This document shows positions 1-9,263 of a stretch of 64,000 nucleotides of DNA, piece by piece. Each line of letters starts with the position of its first letter. Position 1 is the stretch's first letter. Source of the stretch: a virus. The notes beneath the pieces are model-generated. The model did not search any database, was not told the DNA's origin, and saw only the letters and a program-made list of their open reading frames with translations. Where the stretch lies: positions 1-64,000 of the IMG/VR virus record IMGVR_UViG_3300028800_000064. One strand, given 5' to 3'. Both the position numbers and the translations under genes were made by a program.

Positions 1-169
1 TACCGTTCCGCCTTTGTCTGGCACCAAATTGATGACGATGCTAAGGCTGACGAGTTACGAGATTGGGGAGTCAAACGTATCGCTGAACTCGACTCCGCCC
101 TCGCCCAGCGGGACGGAGGGAAGCCATGATCCGCGTGCATTGCGACTGGCCGGGGTGCGGGGAGGGACG

Positions 170-595
170 ATGAGCCGAAGTAATTATACAGATGATTGTT
201 CTGGATGGGATTTAATACGATGGCGCGGGGCCGTCTTAAGTGCAAGTAGGGGTAAGCGTGGACAGAAGTTCTTCATTGATTTACTCGCGGCGCTGGACGC
301 ATTGCCGGAAAAGCGGCTAATAGCCGAAGAATTGGAACAAGATGGAGAAGTCTGTGCGATAGGAAGTCTTGGGTTACAGCGCGGAATCGACATGAAGAAT
401 CTTGATCCTGAAGACCCTGAACAGGTGGCTAAGACTTTCGATATTGCGACGTGCTTAGCGCAAGAGGTCGTCTACGAAAACGACGACGGATATTACCGGG
501 AAACCCCTGAGCAGCGATTCATTCGGATGCACAAATGGGTCGAGGCGCAAATAGCCCCCGCGCACGCCCAGGCGCTCGGGCTGAGGGAGCCATGA
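170..595 (+). CDS. phage hypothetical protein
   Basis: GGAGGGA RBS before ATG 170 (track start 14 is too far upstream); stop overlaps next start (ATGA). Confidence 0.7.
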   Translation: MSRSNYTDDCSGWDLIRWRGAVLSASRGKRGQKFFIDLLAALDALPEKRLIAEELEQDGEVCAIGSLGLQRGIDMKNLDPEDPEQVAKTFDIATCLAQEVVYENDDGYYRETPEQRFIRMHKWVEAQIAPAHAQALGLREP

Positions 596-798
596 ACACT
601 GTTCGAGAAATTAGGCAAGACAGTCTGGAACATTTGGTACGGGTCATTGAGCGCATCGTCGTTATAGAGGCCCCTATCCTCATCGGGCGGCTGCGCTCTG
701 CAAATTGGAATATTTACTTTATGCCATCGGAGCGAGAGCGGCTACTTGACGTGCTCGGGCTGAGGGACGGAGCGAAAGGAGATTGCCATGCCAAGTGA
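592..798 (+). CDS. small hypothetical protein
   Basis: ATGA coupling to upstream gene, GAGGGAG RBS. Confidence 0.6.
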   Translation: MNTVREIRQDSLEHLVRVIERIVVIEAPILIGRLRSANWNIYFMPSERERLLDVLGLRDGAKGDCHAK

Positions 799-967
799 TT
801 TTGGACTCGTATTCGGCAAGGATCTGGACCGCGCCGAAGCACAGCTTCGATTCGAACGATTGGCGGTGGAATTGGCGCACTATCAATGTAAATGGCACAG
901 CGCAAAATCTGAAGAGGCCCGCGAACTCCTGGAGCTGTCCCACCAGTACGGATTCGGGAAGGAGTGA
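788..967 (+). CDS. small hypothetical protein (59 aa, MPSDFGLVFG...), absent from ORF track
   Basis: AAGGAG RBS then ATG 788, read by hand to TGA 965-967; fills the gap before gene 971. Confidence 0.65.
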   Translation: MPSDFGLVFGKDLDRAEAQLRFERLAVELAHYQCKWHSAKSEEARELLELSHQYGFGKE

Positions 968-970
968 CCA

Positions 971-1216
971 ATGAAGACTGCGATCTATATCGAAGATGGC
1001 CGTACTCAGTTTGTGTTGACGCCGGAAAACAAGCTGGACGAAAAGGTGTTGAGTGAACTCCAAAGCATGAACCTCAAGACCTATCGAGGGGAGTTCTATG
1101 GATGCTCAGGTGGATGGACTCGCATGGCGGGGAGGGAAGGTTTTTTACAGGCTACGGAACATGAGCGGAGTCTCATCTTTGTGATCGACCGAGAATCGGA
1201 GAAGGAGCCAACATGA
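971..1216 (+). CDS. hypothetical protein
   Basis: AAGGAG RBS, tightly packed operon. Confidence 0.65.
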   Translation: MKTAIYIEDGRTQFVLTPENKLDEKVLSELQSMNLKTYRGEFYGCSGGWTRMAGREGFLQATEHERSLIFVIDRESEKEPT

Positions 1217-1449
1217 CATTGGGCAAGAATCTCCTGTGGGGCTTGGCTGGGATGTTGGCTTTTGCCATTTGGCGTGCGTGGCTGTGGTATCGTCGTGTGC
1301 AGGATGACCTGCTGCTGGCTTCATGGCGGGCACCGAAGATGGAAGCTCCTGATGGCATTTGTATTGGTTGTGGCGGGGTCCTGGAGATCGTAGCGTCCAA
1401 TCCTGATGTGTTGCGGTGCCCCGGATGTGGTGCGGTGTGTTTCGGGTAG
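1213..1449 (+). CDS. small membrane protein with C-terminal Zn-ribbon
   Basis: N-terminal hydrophobic helix; CIGC...CPGC. Confidence 0.65.
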   Translation: MTLGKNLLWGLAGMLAFAIWRAWLWYRRVQDDLLLASWRAPKMEAPDGICIGCGGVLEIVASNPDVLRCPGCGAVCFG

Positions 1450-1514
1450 GCGAAGAAAACCGCGAAAAACCATTGACAAACCCGTGACCAAGAACTGAAC
1501 TCTCATTACATTTT

Positions 1515-1531
1515 AGACTTGTCGAGCTATA
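1515..1531 (+). promoter_or_regulatory. putative phage late promoter motif copy 1 (AGACTT-N7-TATA)
   Basis: Intergenic, one of 11 copies; heads the operon leading to groEL/terS. Confidence 0.7.
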
Positions 1532-1547
1532 GAGAGGAGCGATTCAA

Positions 1548-1964
1548 ATGAGCATTCTGGATTCCTTATTTCGGCCTAAGCGCCAACCGGACCCGCAACA
1601 GTTTGTTTCCCCCCAGCTCCGCCAGGTTGTTTGTGGCGTAGCTCCATCCTCAAACCTTTTCATACAGCAGCTAGAAGCTTCGATTCGGCAGCTTCGTTTT
1701 CTGTTGAGCCAAGCCCCGATGCTCACTGCGCCAAAGACCTTGCAAGAGGCGATGGTATCACAAGCGCCCTTTGCTTATATTCACCCCAAGACATTCGCTG
1801 GTTTGAGTCCGGGGAAGTGGATGGGGGCTCTGGATACCTACTGGGGTTCTGTTCCAGGATCGCCCAGCCGCTGGATCATAACTTCGTTGATGCCGGAAGA
1901 CCGGGTGATTTATTCTCCCAACGCTTTGCCGGGCATGGACAAAATACTAGGGACGGCCAAATGA
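1548..1964 (+). CDS. hypothetical protein
   Basis: GAGGAG RBS, 138 aa. Confidence 0.65.
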   Translation: MSILDSLFRPKRQPDPQQFVSPQLRQVVCGVAPSSNLFIQQLEASIRQLRFLLSQAPMLTAPKTLQEAMVSQAPFAYIHPKTFAGLSPGKWMGALDTYWGSVPGSPSRWIITSLMPEDRVIYSPNALPGMDKILGTAK

Positions 1965-2203
1965 AAATTCACACGTACGGCACGGTGACATTGCGTCAGG
2001 ATCAAGGTCCGCTGATCGAGGGCTGGCAAGTCGAACGCGAGCCCAGTGATCCGGAAGACGCTACCAACGAAGAGCTGTTGTTGGGATTCGCCATCCATTG
2101 GGCCAGGGAGCGGTTCACCGCCGCTGTGAACCATGCATCCATGGATGTGTTCCGAGCGATAGCGAATCGAAACGCCGCGAAAAAGCCTGAGACTCTAAAT
2201 TGA
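1961..2203 (+). CDS. hypothetical protein
   Basis: ATGA overlap with previous stop; start moved from 1631. Confidence 0.6.
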   Translation: MKIHTYGTVTLRQDQGPLIEGWQVEREPSDPEDATNEELLLGFAIHWARERFTAAVNHASMDVFRAIANRNAAKKPETLN

Positions 2204-2484
2204 AATATATCGTTCGATTGAATCCGCGCGCCTTCAATCCGGTTACGCGGAAGGTGATCGAGTCCCGACTCTGGGAAATCGAACAGTGCGCGGACAAGGA
2301 TAGCGAGAAAGTGATCTGGCATTGCGCGGATGTGAGGATTGACGCGAAGCCGATCCGCGAATTCTATGCGCTTCCCAAACCGGGCGAGACGGCGTGGCAG
2401 CAAGAGTTTTTTGGAATCTGCGTCCGAGGGCAGGATAATGCGATTGAGATTCACACGGGGCGGCACGATGTTTCGGGGCATTGA
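2200..2484 (+). CDS. hypothetical protein
   Basis: TTG start overlapping previous stop. Confidence 0.55.
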   Translation: MKYIVRLNPRAFNPVTRKVIESRLWEIEQCADKDSEKVIWHCADVRIDAKPIREFYALPKPGETAWQQEFFGICVRGQDNAIEIHTGRHDVSGH

Positions 2485-2764
2485 TTGGAAGCGGGTGGCA
2501 TGTGAAGCGGCAGAAGGCGGAGTTGCATCGACGTTCTTCAACCTGTTCCAAGGGCGTTGCACCTTTGCCGCGATTTGTTTTTCTATCGCCGGTGTCTACG
2601 GCTGGTTGCATGGGAAGGACCTGACCTCCTTTGCTTTGTTCGTCACCTCCGTGCAAGGTTTACTGGTGCTGCATTCGTGGAAAGAGGATGTGGCGGAACA
2701 ACATCAAATTGTGAAGCAGCAGTCGCAGAACCCTCCGGCGGCCCAACCTCCAGAGGAATCCTAA
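2468..2764 (+). CDS. small two-TM membrane protein, holin candidate
   Basis: Hydrophobic segments FAAICFSIAGVYGWL and FALFVTSVQGLLVL, hydrophilic C-terminal tail. Confidence 0.45.
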   Translation: MFRGIDWKRVACEAAEGGVASTFFNLFQGRCTFAAICFSIAGVYGWLHGKDLTSFALFVTSVQGLLVLHSWKEDVAEQHQIVKQQSQNPPAAQPPEES

Positions 2765-2773
2765 AGAGGTACC

Positions 2774-3412
2774 ATGAGAAACGCATTCATAGTATTTATT
2801 CTAGCTCTGTTATCGGTTTTTGCAATCCCCGCGCACAGTCAACAAAAAGGCGAAGAGCCGACGACGAGCAGCGCGGTGGAAGGACAAACATCGGTCGAGG
2901 TTCCGGCGGCGGAAGTGGCGGAACAAACGAAGCCGTTTTTGGGAACGTGGGACGCCGTGTCCTGCCAATCCAACCCGATCAGTATCCGGTTCTCCATCGC
3001 CCCTGGTGACGAGGATGATCCGCGCCCCCAGTTCACTCTGCTGCAAATTTTCGAGCCGAACTCCGAACCGGCCCTGATGGAACTCAGCGCGACATGGCGC
3101 ACGCACGACTTCACGGAAATCCAGAACGTCGTGGGTCAGGACGGCAAAACCAGGACAGTGATCTATCTTGAGGTGACGAACGGAAGCATCATGCTGACGT
3201 TGGTTCCGGCGATCAAGAACACCCTATTCGGCACCGCGCTACTGGCCAGCCAACCGAATGCGCAGCTGGTTGTCGTCGTGGGGAAGTCCACAGGTAAACT
3301 CGCGGATTTCTACGCCAAGACTGTGGGCGTCTGCACCGACGAGCCAGCCTTCGACCGATTCTTTGGTCTGCCCGTGGACCCGGCGAAAGACGAACACGTT
3401 GCATCGAAGTAA
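2774..3412 (+). CDS. secreted/periplasmic protein
   Basis: Sec-type signal peptide MRNAFIVFILALLSVFAIPAHS. Confidence 0.65.
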   Translation: MRNAFIVFILALLSVFAIPAHSQQKGEEPTTSSAVEGQTSVEVPAAEVAEQTKPFLGTWDAVSCQSNPISIRFSIAPGDEDDPRPQFTLLQIFEPNSEPALMELSATWRTHDFTEIQNVVGQDGKTRTVIYLEVTNGSIMLTLVPAIKNTLFGTALLASQPNAQLVVVVGKSTGKLADFYAKTVGVCTDEPAFDRFFGLPVDPAKDEHVASK

Positions 3413-3421
3413 GGACACCAG

Positions 3422-3748
3422 ATGAAACTCCTGGATAAAAACCAGAGCTGGACGCCACCCGAAGGTTACACCGTTAGCGCGGTCGTAGCGGTGGGATCAT
3501 ATCTTCGGGTGGAGTTCAGAAAACCTCTGCATCGAGCAGGGTATAGAGACGCCCGCAGAGAAGTGAACGTGTTCTTGAACGATCAAGGCCGTGAAGTGGC
3601 GCGCACGGAAGAGAATTACGGCATAAAGGTACCAAAGCTGCCAAACGTACCGGTCGTTGTTGTTGGTTCGCGGTGGCCCAGATTCTGCACCGGATGGTAT
3701 CTTATCCTGTCCGGACTTGAGGAGATAATTCGATGTCTAAAGAGGTAA
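3422..3748 (+). CDS. hypothetical protein
   Basis: AAGGA RBS, operon packing. Confidence 0.55.
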   Translation: MKLLDKNQSWTPPEGYTVSAVVAVGSYLRVEFRKPLHRAGYRDARREVNVFLNDQGREVARTEENYGIKVPKLPNVPVVVVGSRWPRFCTGWYLILSGLEEIIRCLKR

Positions 3749-4032
3749 TCAGCCAGCGCATGAAGCAGACCTGTGAAGGTTGTGGTAAGATCGTCGAGTG
3801 GGAGTTGGTCGGAGCCGATCAAAATCTGCAGACGCTGACCGAAATGCAACAGTGGTTTCAGGTGGGTCGCAAAGCGGTTATCGGTGGTCAGATGGTTCAA
3901 CTCACTGCCGATGCGTGCTCTCCGACGTGCGCTTCGGTGGCGGCTGTGAAGCTGTCGAACCCGCCCGAATCTGAAGAGCAGCCCGATCAGATCGATCTGC
4001 AATCGTTGCGCGCCGCCAACTTGGCGAACTAA
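3733..4032 (+). CDS. hypothetical Zn-binding protein
   Basis: CEGC...CSPTC; GAGGAG RBS. Confidence 0.6.
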   Translation: MSKEVISQRMKQTCEGCGKIVEWELVGADQNLQTLTEMQQWFQVGRKAVIGGQMVQLTADACSPTCASVAAVKLSNPPESEEQPDQIDLQSLRAANLAN

Positions 4033-4050
4033 TCTCGGAGCCTGGAGACC

Positions 4051-5646
4051 ATGAGCAAAAATACCACGTACGGGAAAGACGCCCGCACTGCACTGCTGAA
4101 AGGTGTGGATTTTTTAGTGGACGCGGTGGCATTAACGGAAGGTCCTCGCGGACGCAATTGCATCCTGGGGCAGCGAGCTTTGGGCCAAACTCCGAAGTGT
4201 ACGCGCGACGGAGTGACGGTGGCGAACTACGTGAACCCATCGGACCCAACGCAGCAACTCGGGGCCGATCTCATCCGAGAGGCGTGCCAGAAGACTGACA
4301 ACAACGTGGGCGACGGCACCACCTGCACTGCTGTTCTCTCTCGCGCCATGATTCATGCCGGGTTTGATTTGATCGAGAAAGGTGCGAACCCCATGGCCAT
4401 GGAGCGCGGCATCCGCAAGGCCGTGGATATTGTGACCAAGTGTTTGCAAGCCCAGTCTGTCAAAGTCTCCGAAAAGAAAATTTTCCAAGTGGCGACTGTC
4501 TCCGCTCACGGAGATGAGGAGATCGGCAAACTGGTTGCAGAAGCGGTGAATGCTGCGGGCAAAGATGGAATCGTGACGGCAGAGCCTTCGTCCACATCAG
4601 CCACCTATGTTGAGTCGGTCGCCGGTATCGAGCTGCCGAAGTCCAGCTTGATCTCGCCCGTCTTTATGACGCATCCTGAATCCATGGTGGCGGAATTGCA
4701 CGACTGCCGCATTCTTTTGTGGGAGGGTGTGATCGCTACCGCGAAGTCCATTATCCCGCTACTCAAACAGGTGCATGAATTGCAAGGGCAACCGCTGCTG
4801 ATCGTGGCGGGCGGATACGAAGCTGAAGTGCTGGCATGTATCATCAAAAACAAAACGAGTCTGGCTCTGCCGTTGAACGCTGTGCGCATGGAAGCTTATG
4901 GTGAACGCCGCAAGGAAGTGATGCGCGACATCGCGGCGCTGATCGGCGGCAAGGCCTACACCGAAGATATGGGGTTGAAGATCGACAGCGTCAAGATCGA
5001 TCAGTTGGGGAAGGCGCGCAAGGTCATTACGTCAATGTCCAAAACCCAGATCATTGGCGGGAATGGCAATCAAGAGGAACTGGCCGGGCGAGTGAGCTTT
5101 ATTCGCACCGCCATGGATGCAGCGGCCCCCGTAGAGAAAAGCATCTTCAAAGCTCGTCTCTCCGCACTCTTGGGTGGCATCACGATTCTCAAGGTGGGCG
5201 GCGTGACGGTCACGGAGATGGAAGAGAAGAAAGATCGCGTTGTCGATGCCCTATCGGCAGCCAAGGCGGCTGTGGAGTCGGGCGTCGTTGCTGGTGGCGG
5301 CACAGCTCTGTTGCGCGCGTCGGCAGCTATCCACACGCTGCGGCTCCCGGCAGCAGAGCGTGAGGGATTGGCAGTGGTCTATACCGCCTGTCAGGCCGTG
5401 GTCAAACAGATCGCCCAAAACGCCGGGCTCAATGGCGAGATGATCGTCTCTCAGTTGATGGCATCTCCGGACCTGGGGTATAACGCTCTCACGGATGAGT
5501 TCGAAAACCTTGTGGACTCGGGCATCATCGATCCGGTAGCGGTGGTGGAAGAATCTTTGCGCAATGCTTCGGCAGTAGCCTGCAGCATCCTTACCATGGG
5601 CTGCACGGTGTCCGAAATTCTCCAGGAGGCACCAGCCAATGTCTAA
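4051..5646 (+). CDS. groEL: phage-encoded chaperonin GroEL (divergent)
   Basis: GPRGRN, TRDGVTVA, GDGTT, EEKKDRVVDAL, GVVAGGG, GIIDP motifs; no GGM tail. Confidence 0.95.
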   Translation: MSKNTTYGKDARTALLKGVDFLVDAVALTEGPRGRNCILGQRALGQTPKCTRDGVTVANYVNPSDPTQQLGADLIREACQKTDNNVGDGTTCTAVLSRAMIHAGFDLIEKGANPMAMERGIRKAVDIVTKCLQAQSVKVSEKKIFQVATVSAHGDEEIGKLVAEAVNAAGKDGIVTAEPSSTSATYVESVAGIELPKSSLISPVFMTHPESMVAELHDCRILLWEGVIATAKSIIPLLKQVHELQGQPLLIVAGGYEAEVLACIIKNKTSLALPLNAVRMEAYGERRKEVMRDIAALIGGKAYTEDMGLKIDSVKIDQLGKARKVITSMSKTQIIGGNGNQEELAGRVSFIRTAMDAAAPVEKSIFKARLSALLGGITILKVGGVTVTEMEEKKDRVVDALSAAKAAVESGVVAGGGTALLRASAAIHTLRLPAAEREGLAVVYTACQAVVKQIAQNAGLNGEMIVSQLMASPDLGYNALTDEFENLVDSGIIDPVAVVEESLRNASAVACSILTMGCTVSEILQEAPANV

Positions 5647-5917
5647 GACCGTGCTGCAACCAGCAAGCGACCACATCTTGGCGGTCGATAATCCGCGAGA
5701 GACCACTATCGATGGAATTTCCCTGCCCGACAACGTGCGCCAGCAGGAGATGGTGTTTGGTACGGTGGTGTTCATAGGACCTGATGTGGATTCAACCAGC
5801 GTCCGAGACCGGATTTGTTACGGGCCGTACGCTGGGAAGACCGTGGTGATTGACGGGATCGAATTTCGGTTGTTGAAGGAAGAACAGATCGAAGGATACA
5901 TTCGAGAGACAGAATAA
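5639..5917 (+). CDS. groES: co-chaperonin GroES
   Basis: LQPASDHILA, mobile loop TTIDGISLP, GTVVFIG, YAGKTVVIDG...LLKEEQI. Confidence 0.9.
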   Translation: MSKTVLQPASDHILAVDNPRETTIDGISLPDNVRQQEMVFGTVVFIGPDVDSTSVRDRICYGPYAGKTVVIDGIEFRLLKEEQIEGYIRETE

Positions 5918-6417
5918 TGACTGAGAATCTACGCATGCCGCTGGAGGAGTTACAAAACACTCCGGAGTACCAGAAGCTTACCCAGAAACAACGCCTGTTT
6001 GTCGCTACCTACTGCGAGGGCGGGCGAGTCTCTGGGACGTACGACCCCGTGTGGGCAACAAATACAGCGTATGCGTGCAAGAACCTAGAAGTGGCTCGCA
6101 TCATGTCGTACGCGCTCATGGCCAACATTCGAATCATCGCGGTGCTCAACCGCCACTTCAATACCGCGCCGATTGAAGAATTTCTCTTGCAACTGGACCG
6201 CGCCATCCGCAATAAGAAACTCACCGTAGCTCAGATTCAGGCCCTGCGCCTGAAGTGCGAGATTTTGGGATTCGCGAACCGGCTTCCCGACGTGAATCAT
6301 GTTGGAGTCATTCCTCCGGATGTGGTAGAGGCCGAGCGCGCCGCGCGCCGCGCCAAGCGCAAAAAGGTTGAGAAACCCGCCCAACCCGCTCCCAAGTCTC
6401 AATACGACGAATATTAA
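5917..6417 (+). CDS. terminase small subunit (probable)
   Basis: LTQKQRLFVATY...AT..AY N-terminal pattern; upstream of TerL. Confidence 0.65.
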   Translation: MTENLRMPLEELQNTPEYQKLTQKQRLFVATYCEGGRVSGTYDPVWATNTAYACKNLEVARIMSYALMANIRIIAVLNRHFNTAPIEEFLLQLDRAIRNKKLTVAQIQALRLKCEILGFANRLPDVNHVGVIPPDVVEAERAARRAKRKKVEKPAQPAPKSQYDEY

Positions 6418-6433
6418 GACTTCGTTTTCCATT
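6417..6433 (+). promoter_or_regulatory. late promoter motif copy 2
   Basis: AGACTT cgttttc CATT. Confidence 0.55.
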
Positions 6434-6435
6434 GT

Positions 6436-6762
6436 ATGGACTCCCTAATGATCCCCGGTACGGGGGCACTCGGGCAACCTCGCCTGGGCTCTATCTATGA
6501 TGAGACTGGCACGCCTGCCTCTGGGTATGCCGAAGGAGGACCATATCACTGCGAAGATTGCGTTCACAAGCCTGCAATGGATGTCCCTTTCTGCATTCAT
6601 CCTCGCGTTGTTGGTGATCCTGAATTGCAAGATCGGCTTGTCTCGATTGATGGGCGGCCTGCGGTCAAGATTTGCATGGATCGTGGTTGCTGTCGCTTTG
6701 TGCGCCAGCCAGCTAAGACTGAAGATACGCCAAAGGAAGTTCGCCATGGCGAAGATGAGTAA
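6436..6762 (+). CDS. Cys-rich hypothetical protein
   Basis: CEDC...C...CC. Confidence 0.6.
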   Translation: MDSLMIPGTGALGQPRLGSIYDETGTPASGYAEGGPYHCEDCVHKPAMDVPFCIHPRVVGDPELQDRLVSIDGRPAVKICMDRGCCRFVRQPAKTEDTPKEVRHGEDE

Positions 6763-6907
6763 AGACGCCGCGTTCCACGAAGTATTCACCGACAAACCAA
6801 GCACTGTCGATACCAGCAAGTCGGCCAGTGGACAAAGAAAACAGATGATCGCCATCGCGCTTTCGAAGGCGGGATTGTCTAGGCCTGGTAAGAAAGCCGC
6901 AAAATAA
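6746..6907 (+). CDS. small basic phage protein
   Basis: KQMIAIALSKAG pattern seen in small phage proteins near packaging genes. Confidence 0.55.
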   Translation: MAKMSKDAAFHEVFTDKPSTVDTSKSASGQRKQMIAIALSKAGLSRPGKKAAK

Positions 6908-6931
6908 CTGTCGCGCTAGAATGGAGTTTTT

Positions 6932-7846
6932 ATGATTGTCACAAGTTCACTGATTGTTGGCGAGCGTGGAGCCGGAGCTACCCCTACGCCGGTCACTCCT
7001 GGCGGAACCTCTGGCCAGGTGCAGTTCAACAACGCAGGATCGTTCGGCGGCATCACTGGAGCCACCTCCGACGGTACCAATCTGTCCGTCACAACGGCAT
7101 CCCCGTTGGCCAATTCCCTTGTCGCAGCGTCTACGGCATACGCCGATAGTAACCTGATTGGTCCCGCCCTCGTCAGTTGGCGGGAAGATTTTACGAACGT
7201 CGTTGGTATCACGGCATCCACAACCACAGCAGCTTTGTTGTGTGAAACTGTCTGGTCATGTCGATCCATCGTAGCAAGCGGGAACATTCAAGGGAATGGT
7301 GGAGCTACGTTCGCTAATCCTGGAGTTCTGCAACTACAAACTGGGGCCACATCGGGCAACGGTAACTCGATATTGAAAGCGTTCGGCGCGTCCTCAAACT
7401 TGGGTAATTTAGGCTCGAATGCCGGTTGGCAATTGAATTTCATTTTCAAATTGGCCAGCACATCCACTATTTGCGTTCGAATGGGGCTGACCTCCACCAA
7501 TGAAAACAACGTGGACCCTCCGACAGATGGGTTCTGGGCCGAGTATGACACCGCGAACGCCAACAGCAACACGAGTTTTACATGGCGTACCTCGGTATCA
7601 AGCACTACTGCGTATTCAACTACGAACTCCAAAGTCGCCGACACCAGCTTTCATCATATTCGGATTCGCAGCACCGTGGCCGGTACCATCGGATTCACCA
7701 TTGATGGGGGAACGGAGTTTACAACCACAACAGATGTTTCAACCATCGGCATGATGGTGTTTTTTCAAGTTATTACCCGCGCGAACTCCGCTGCTGAGCT
7801 GGATTTGGATTTCGTCTCCTACGCGGCTGCGACAGGTCGCACCTAA
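6932..7846 (+). CDS. virion structural / fibre-like protein
   Basis: PGGTSGQVQFNNAGSFGG fibre motif, S/T/G-rich beta-type C-terminal domain. Confidence 0.6.
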   Translation: MIVTSSLIVGERGAGATPTPVTPGGTSGQVQFNNAGSFGGITGATSDGTNLSVTTASPLANSLVAASTAYADSNLIGPALVSWREDFTNVVGITASTTTAALLCETVWSCRSIVASGNIQGNGGATFANPGVLQLQTGATSGNGNSILKAFGASSNLGNLGSNAGWQLNFIFKLASTSTICVRMGLTSTNENNVDPPTDGFWAEYDTANANSNTSFTWRTSVSSTTAYSTTNSKVADTSFHHIRIRSTVAGTIGFTIDGGTEFTTTTDVSTIGMMVFFQVITRANSAAELDLDFVSYAAATGRT

Positions 7847-7863
7847 CGATTCGGGCTAAAACA

Positions 7864-7880
7864 AGACTTGCCCTCGCATA
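7864..7880 (+). promoter_or_regulatory. late promoter motif copy 3
   Basis: AGACTT gccctcg CATA. Confidence 0.7.
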
Positions 7881-7893
7881 TGTAGGAGTTCTT

Positions 7894-8250
7894 ATGCCTG
7901 ACGGTGATGCTGTTGCTAAAGCTTTGAGTTCCGCGAAATCCACGCTTGCGCATGCAAACGCGGCATTTCCCAGTTCGGCAGCTCCAGCCAGACCGGCGGC
8001 CCCCGCTCCTGCGCCAGCGAAGACGGCAACGCTAGCTGATGAGCTGAAGGCCAAGCAGGACAACGTGAAGCGATATACCTCCGCGCCCGCGATGCACACG
8101 GGCGGCCCAGTACCAGCGGATGGCGTGTATCGGCTCCAAGCTGGCGAACACGTCTTGACCGCTGCAGAAGCGGCGAATGCACGCAAGCATGCAATGATGG
8201 CGGCGGGCATGAAATCTCTAGCGAAGCCTGCTAAAAAGATTCGTAGTTAA
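7894..8250 (+). CDS. hypothetical protein
   Basis: AGGAG RBS; MHTGGPV...LQAGEHVLT motif common in phage virion proteins. Confidence 0.65.
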   Translation: MPDGDAVAKALSSAKSTLAHANAAFPSSAAPARPAAPAPAPAKTATLADELKAKQDNVKRYTSAPAMHTGGPVPADGVYRLQAGEHVLTAAEAANARKHAMMAAGMKSLAKPAKKIRS

Positions 8251-8267
8251 AGTGAAAGGTGAGAACA

Positions 8268-8567
8268 ATGAAATCGAACAGTGGTCGGGAAAAGGCTCCG
8301 TCGCCCAAGTCAGTGATGGTGTTCAAGGGAATCAAGGGCTTGGTTGCATCTGGCGCGGGTACCAAGAAAACAGCTGACACGGCCAAAGTGCGCCCCGAGC
8401 AAAATCAAGGCGCGAAGATTCCGCAGCAACCGATGAAGACCACGCCGAAGCTGGTGGTGTCGAAGCCCTCGGGCGTTGTCAAACCGCACGGCACGGTTAA
8501 CGTGAGTTCCCACATTCGCCCTGAAGGGCCGATCAAGCGCGACTCCGCGCACGTTGCCAAGCCTTAA
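8268..8567 (+). CDS. basic K/P-rich hypothetical protein
   Basis: ORF fills the gap; AAGGTGA RBS. Confidence 0.55.
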   Translation: MKSNSGREKAPSPKSVMVFKGIKGLVASGAGTKKTADTAKVRPEQNQGAKIPQQPMKTTPKLVVSKPSGVVKPHGTVNVSSHIRPEGPIKRDSAHVAKP

Positions 8568-8591
8568 TTTCGATTTTCAAGGAGTACGACG

Positions 8592-9236
8592 ATGGGCGCA
8601 CCGCGCACCTTAGCTGCAGTTTCCGTAGTGGCTGGAACACCGACGCCGATTTTCACCGGCCCGGTCACTGCCGCGCAAACTTTTTCGATCAAAAACGGCA
8701 TCGCTACGATTGTGCTGGGTAAGGCGAACTTCCCCACAACCGGGTACAACGGTCCCAACGGGTTTCCCGTTCAGAACGGCACCACTGGGTCATCTTTCGA
8801 TATTCACGGCGGCATCAATGGCGGCACCGCAGGCAACGCGGGCGCGGCTGGCGGCCAGCAAGTTACGCTGTGGGGATTCACCACTGCTACGTATTTCAAC
8901 GGCAAAACGATTACCGTGTTGGATTGCGATCCGTCGCGCGGCTCATTCCGATTCTATTTCAACCATGCGGACGTGGGGAGCACTGCTGATACGGGTAACA
9001 CCGCCCCGATTCCGGTAGAGCGGTATCGCGTCGTTCGCCTAGAGTGCGCACAATCAAATGGCACCGACTTCGTCTATGTCGGCGACTTGAATGTTTCCAG
9101 CACCCGATACATTTCGGCACTGTCGTTGACAGGCCAGTTCTCCATTGAAATCGCTTCCGACAACATTCCCGTGGATCGCATCTTCATCGACGGAACCGCC
9201 AACGGGGATAAAGTCCAACCCACACTGATCTACTAA
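8592..9236 (+). CDS. virion structural protein (probable)
   Basis: G/T-rich; carries a module also present in the tail proteins. Confidence 0.6.
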   Translation: MGAPRTLAAVSVVAGTPTPIFTGPVTAAQTFSIKNGIATIVLGKANFPTTGYNGPNGFPVQNGTTGSSFDIHGGINGGTAGNAGAAGGQQVTLWGFTTATYFNGKTITVLDCDPSRGSFRFYFNHADVGSTADTGNTAPIPVERYRVVRLECAQSNGTDFVYVGDLNVSSTRYISALSLTGQFSIEIASDNIPVDRIFIDGTANGDKVQPTLIY

Positions 9237-9263
9237 TTCTCGTCGGGGAGAGCAGCCCCATCC

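Noticed and set aside
783-974. Track ORF 783-974
   Set aside because: The alternative frame 788-967 has an ATG with a well-spaced RBS and fits the operon better.
1473-1501. sigma70 promoter at TTGACA 1473
   Set aside because: The -10 at 17 nt is TGAACT and lacks the conserved second-position A; the late motif explains the site.
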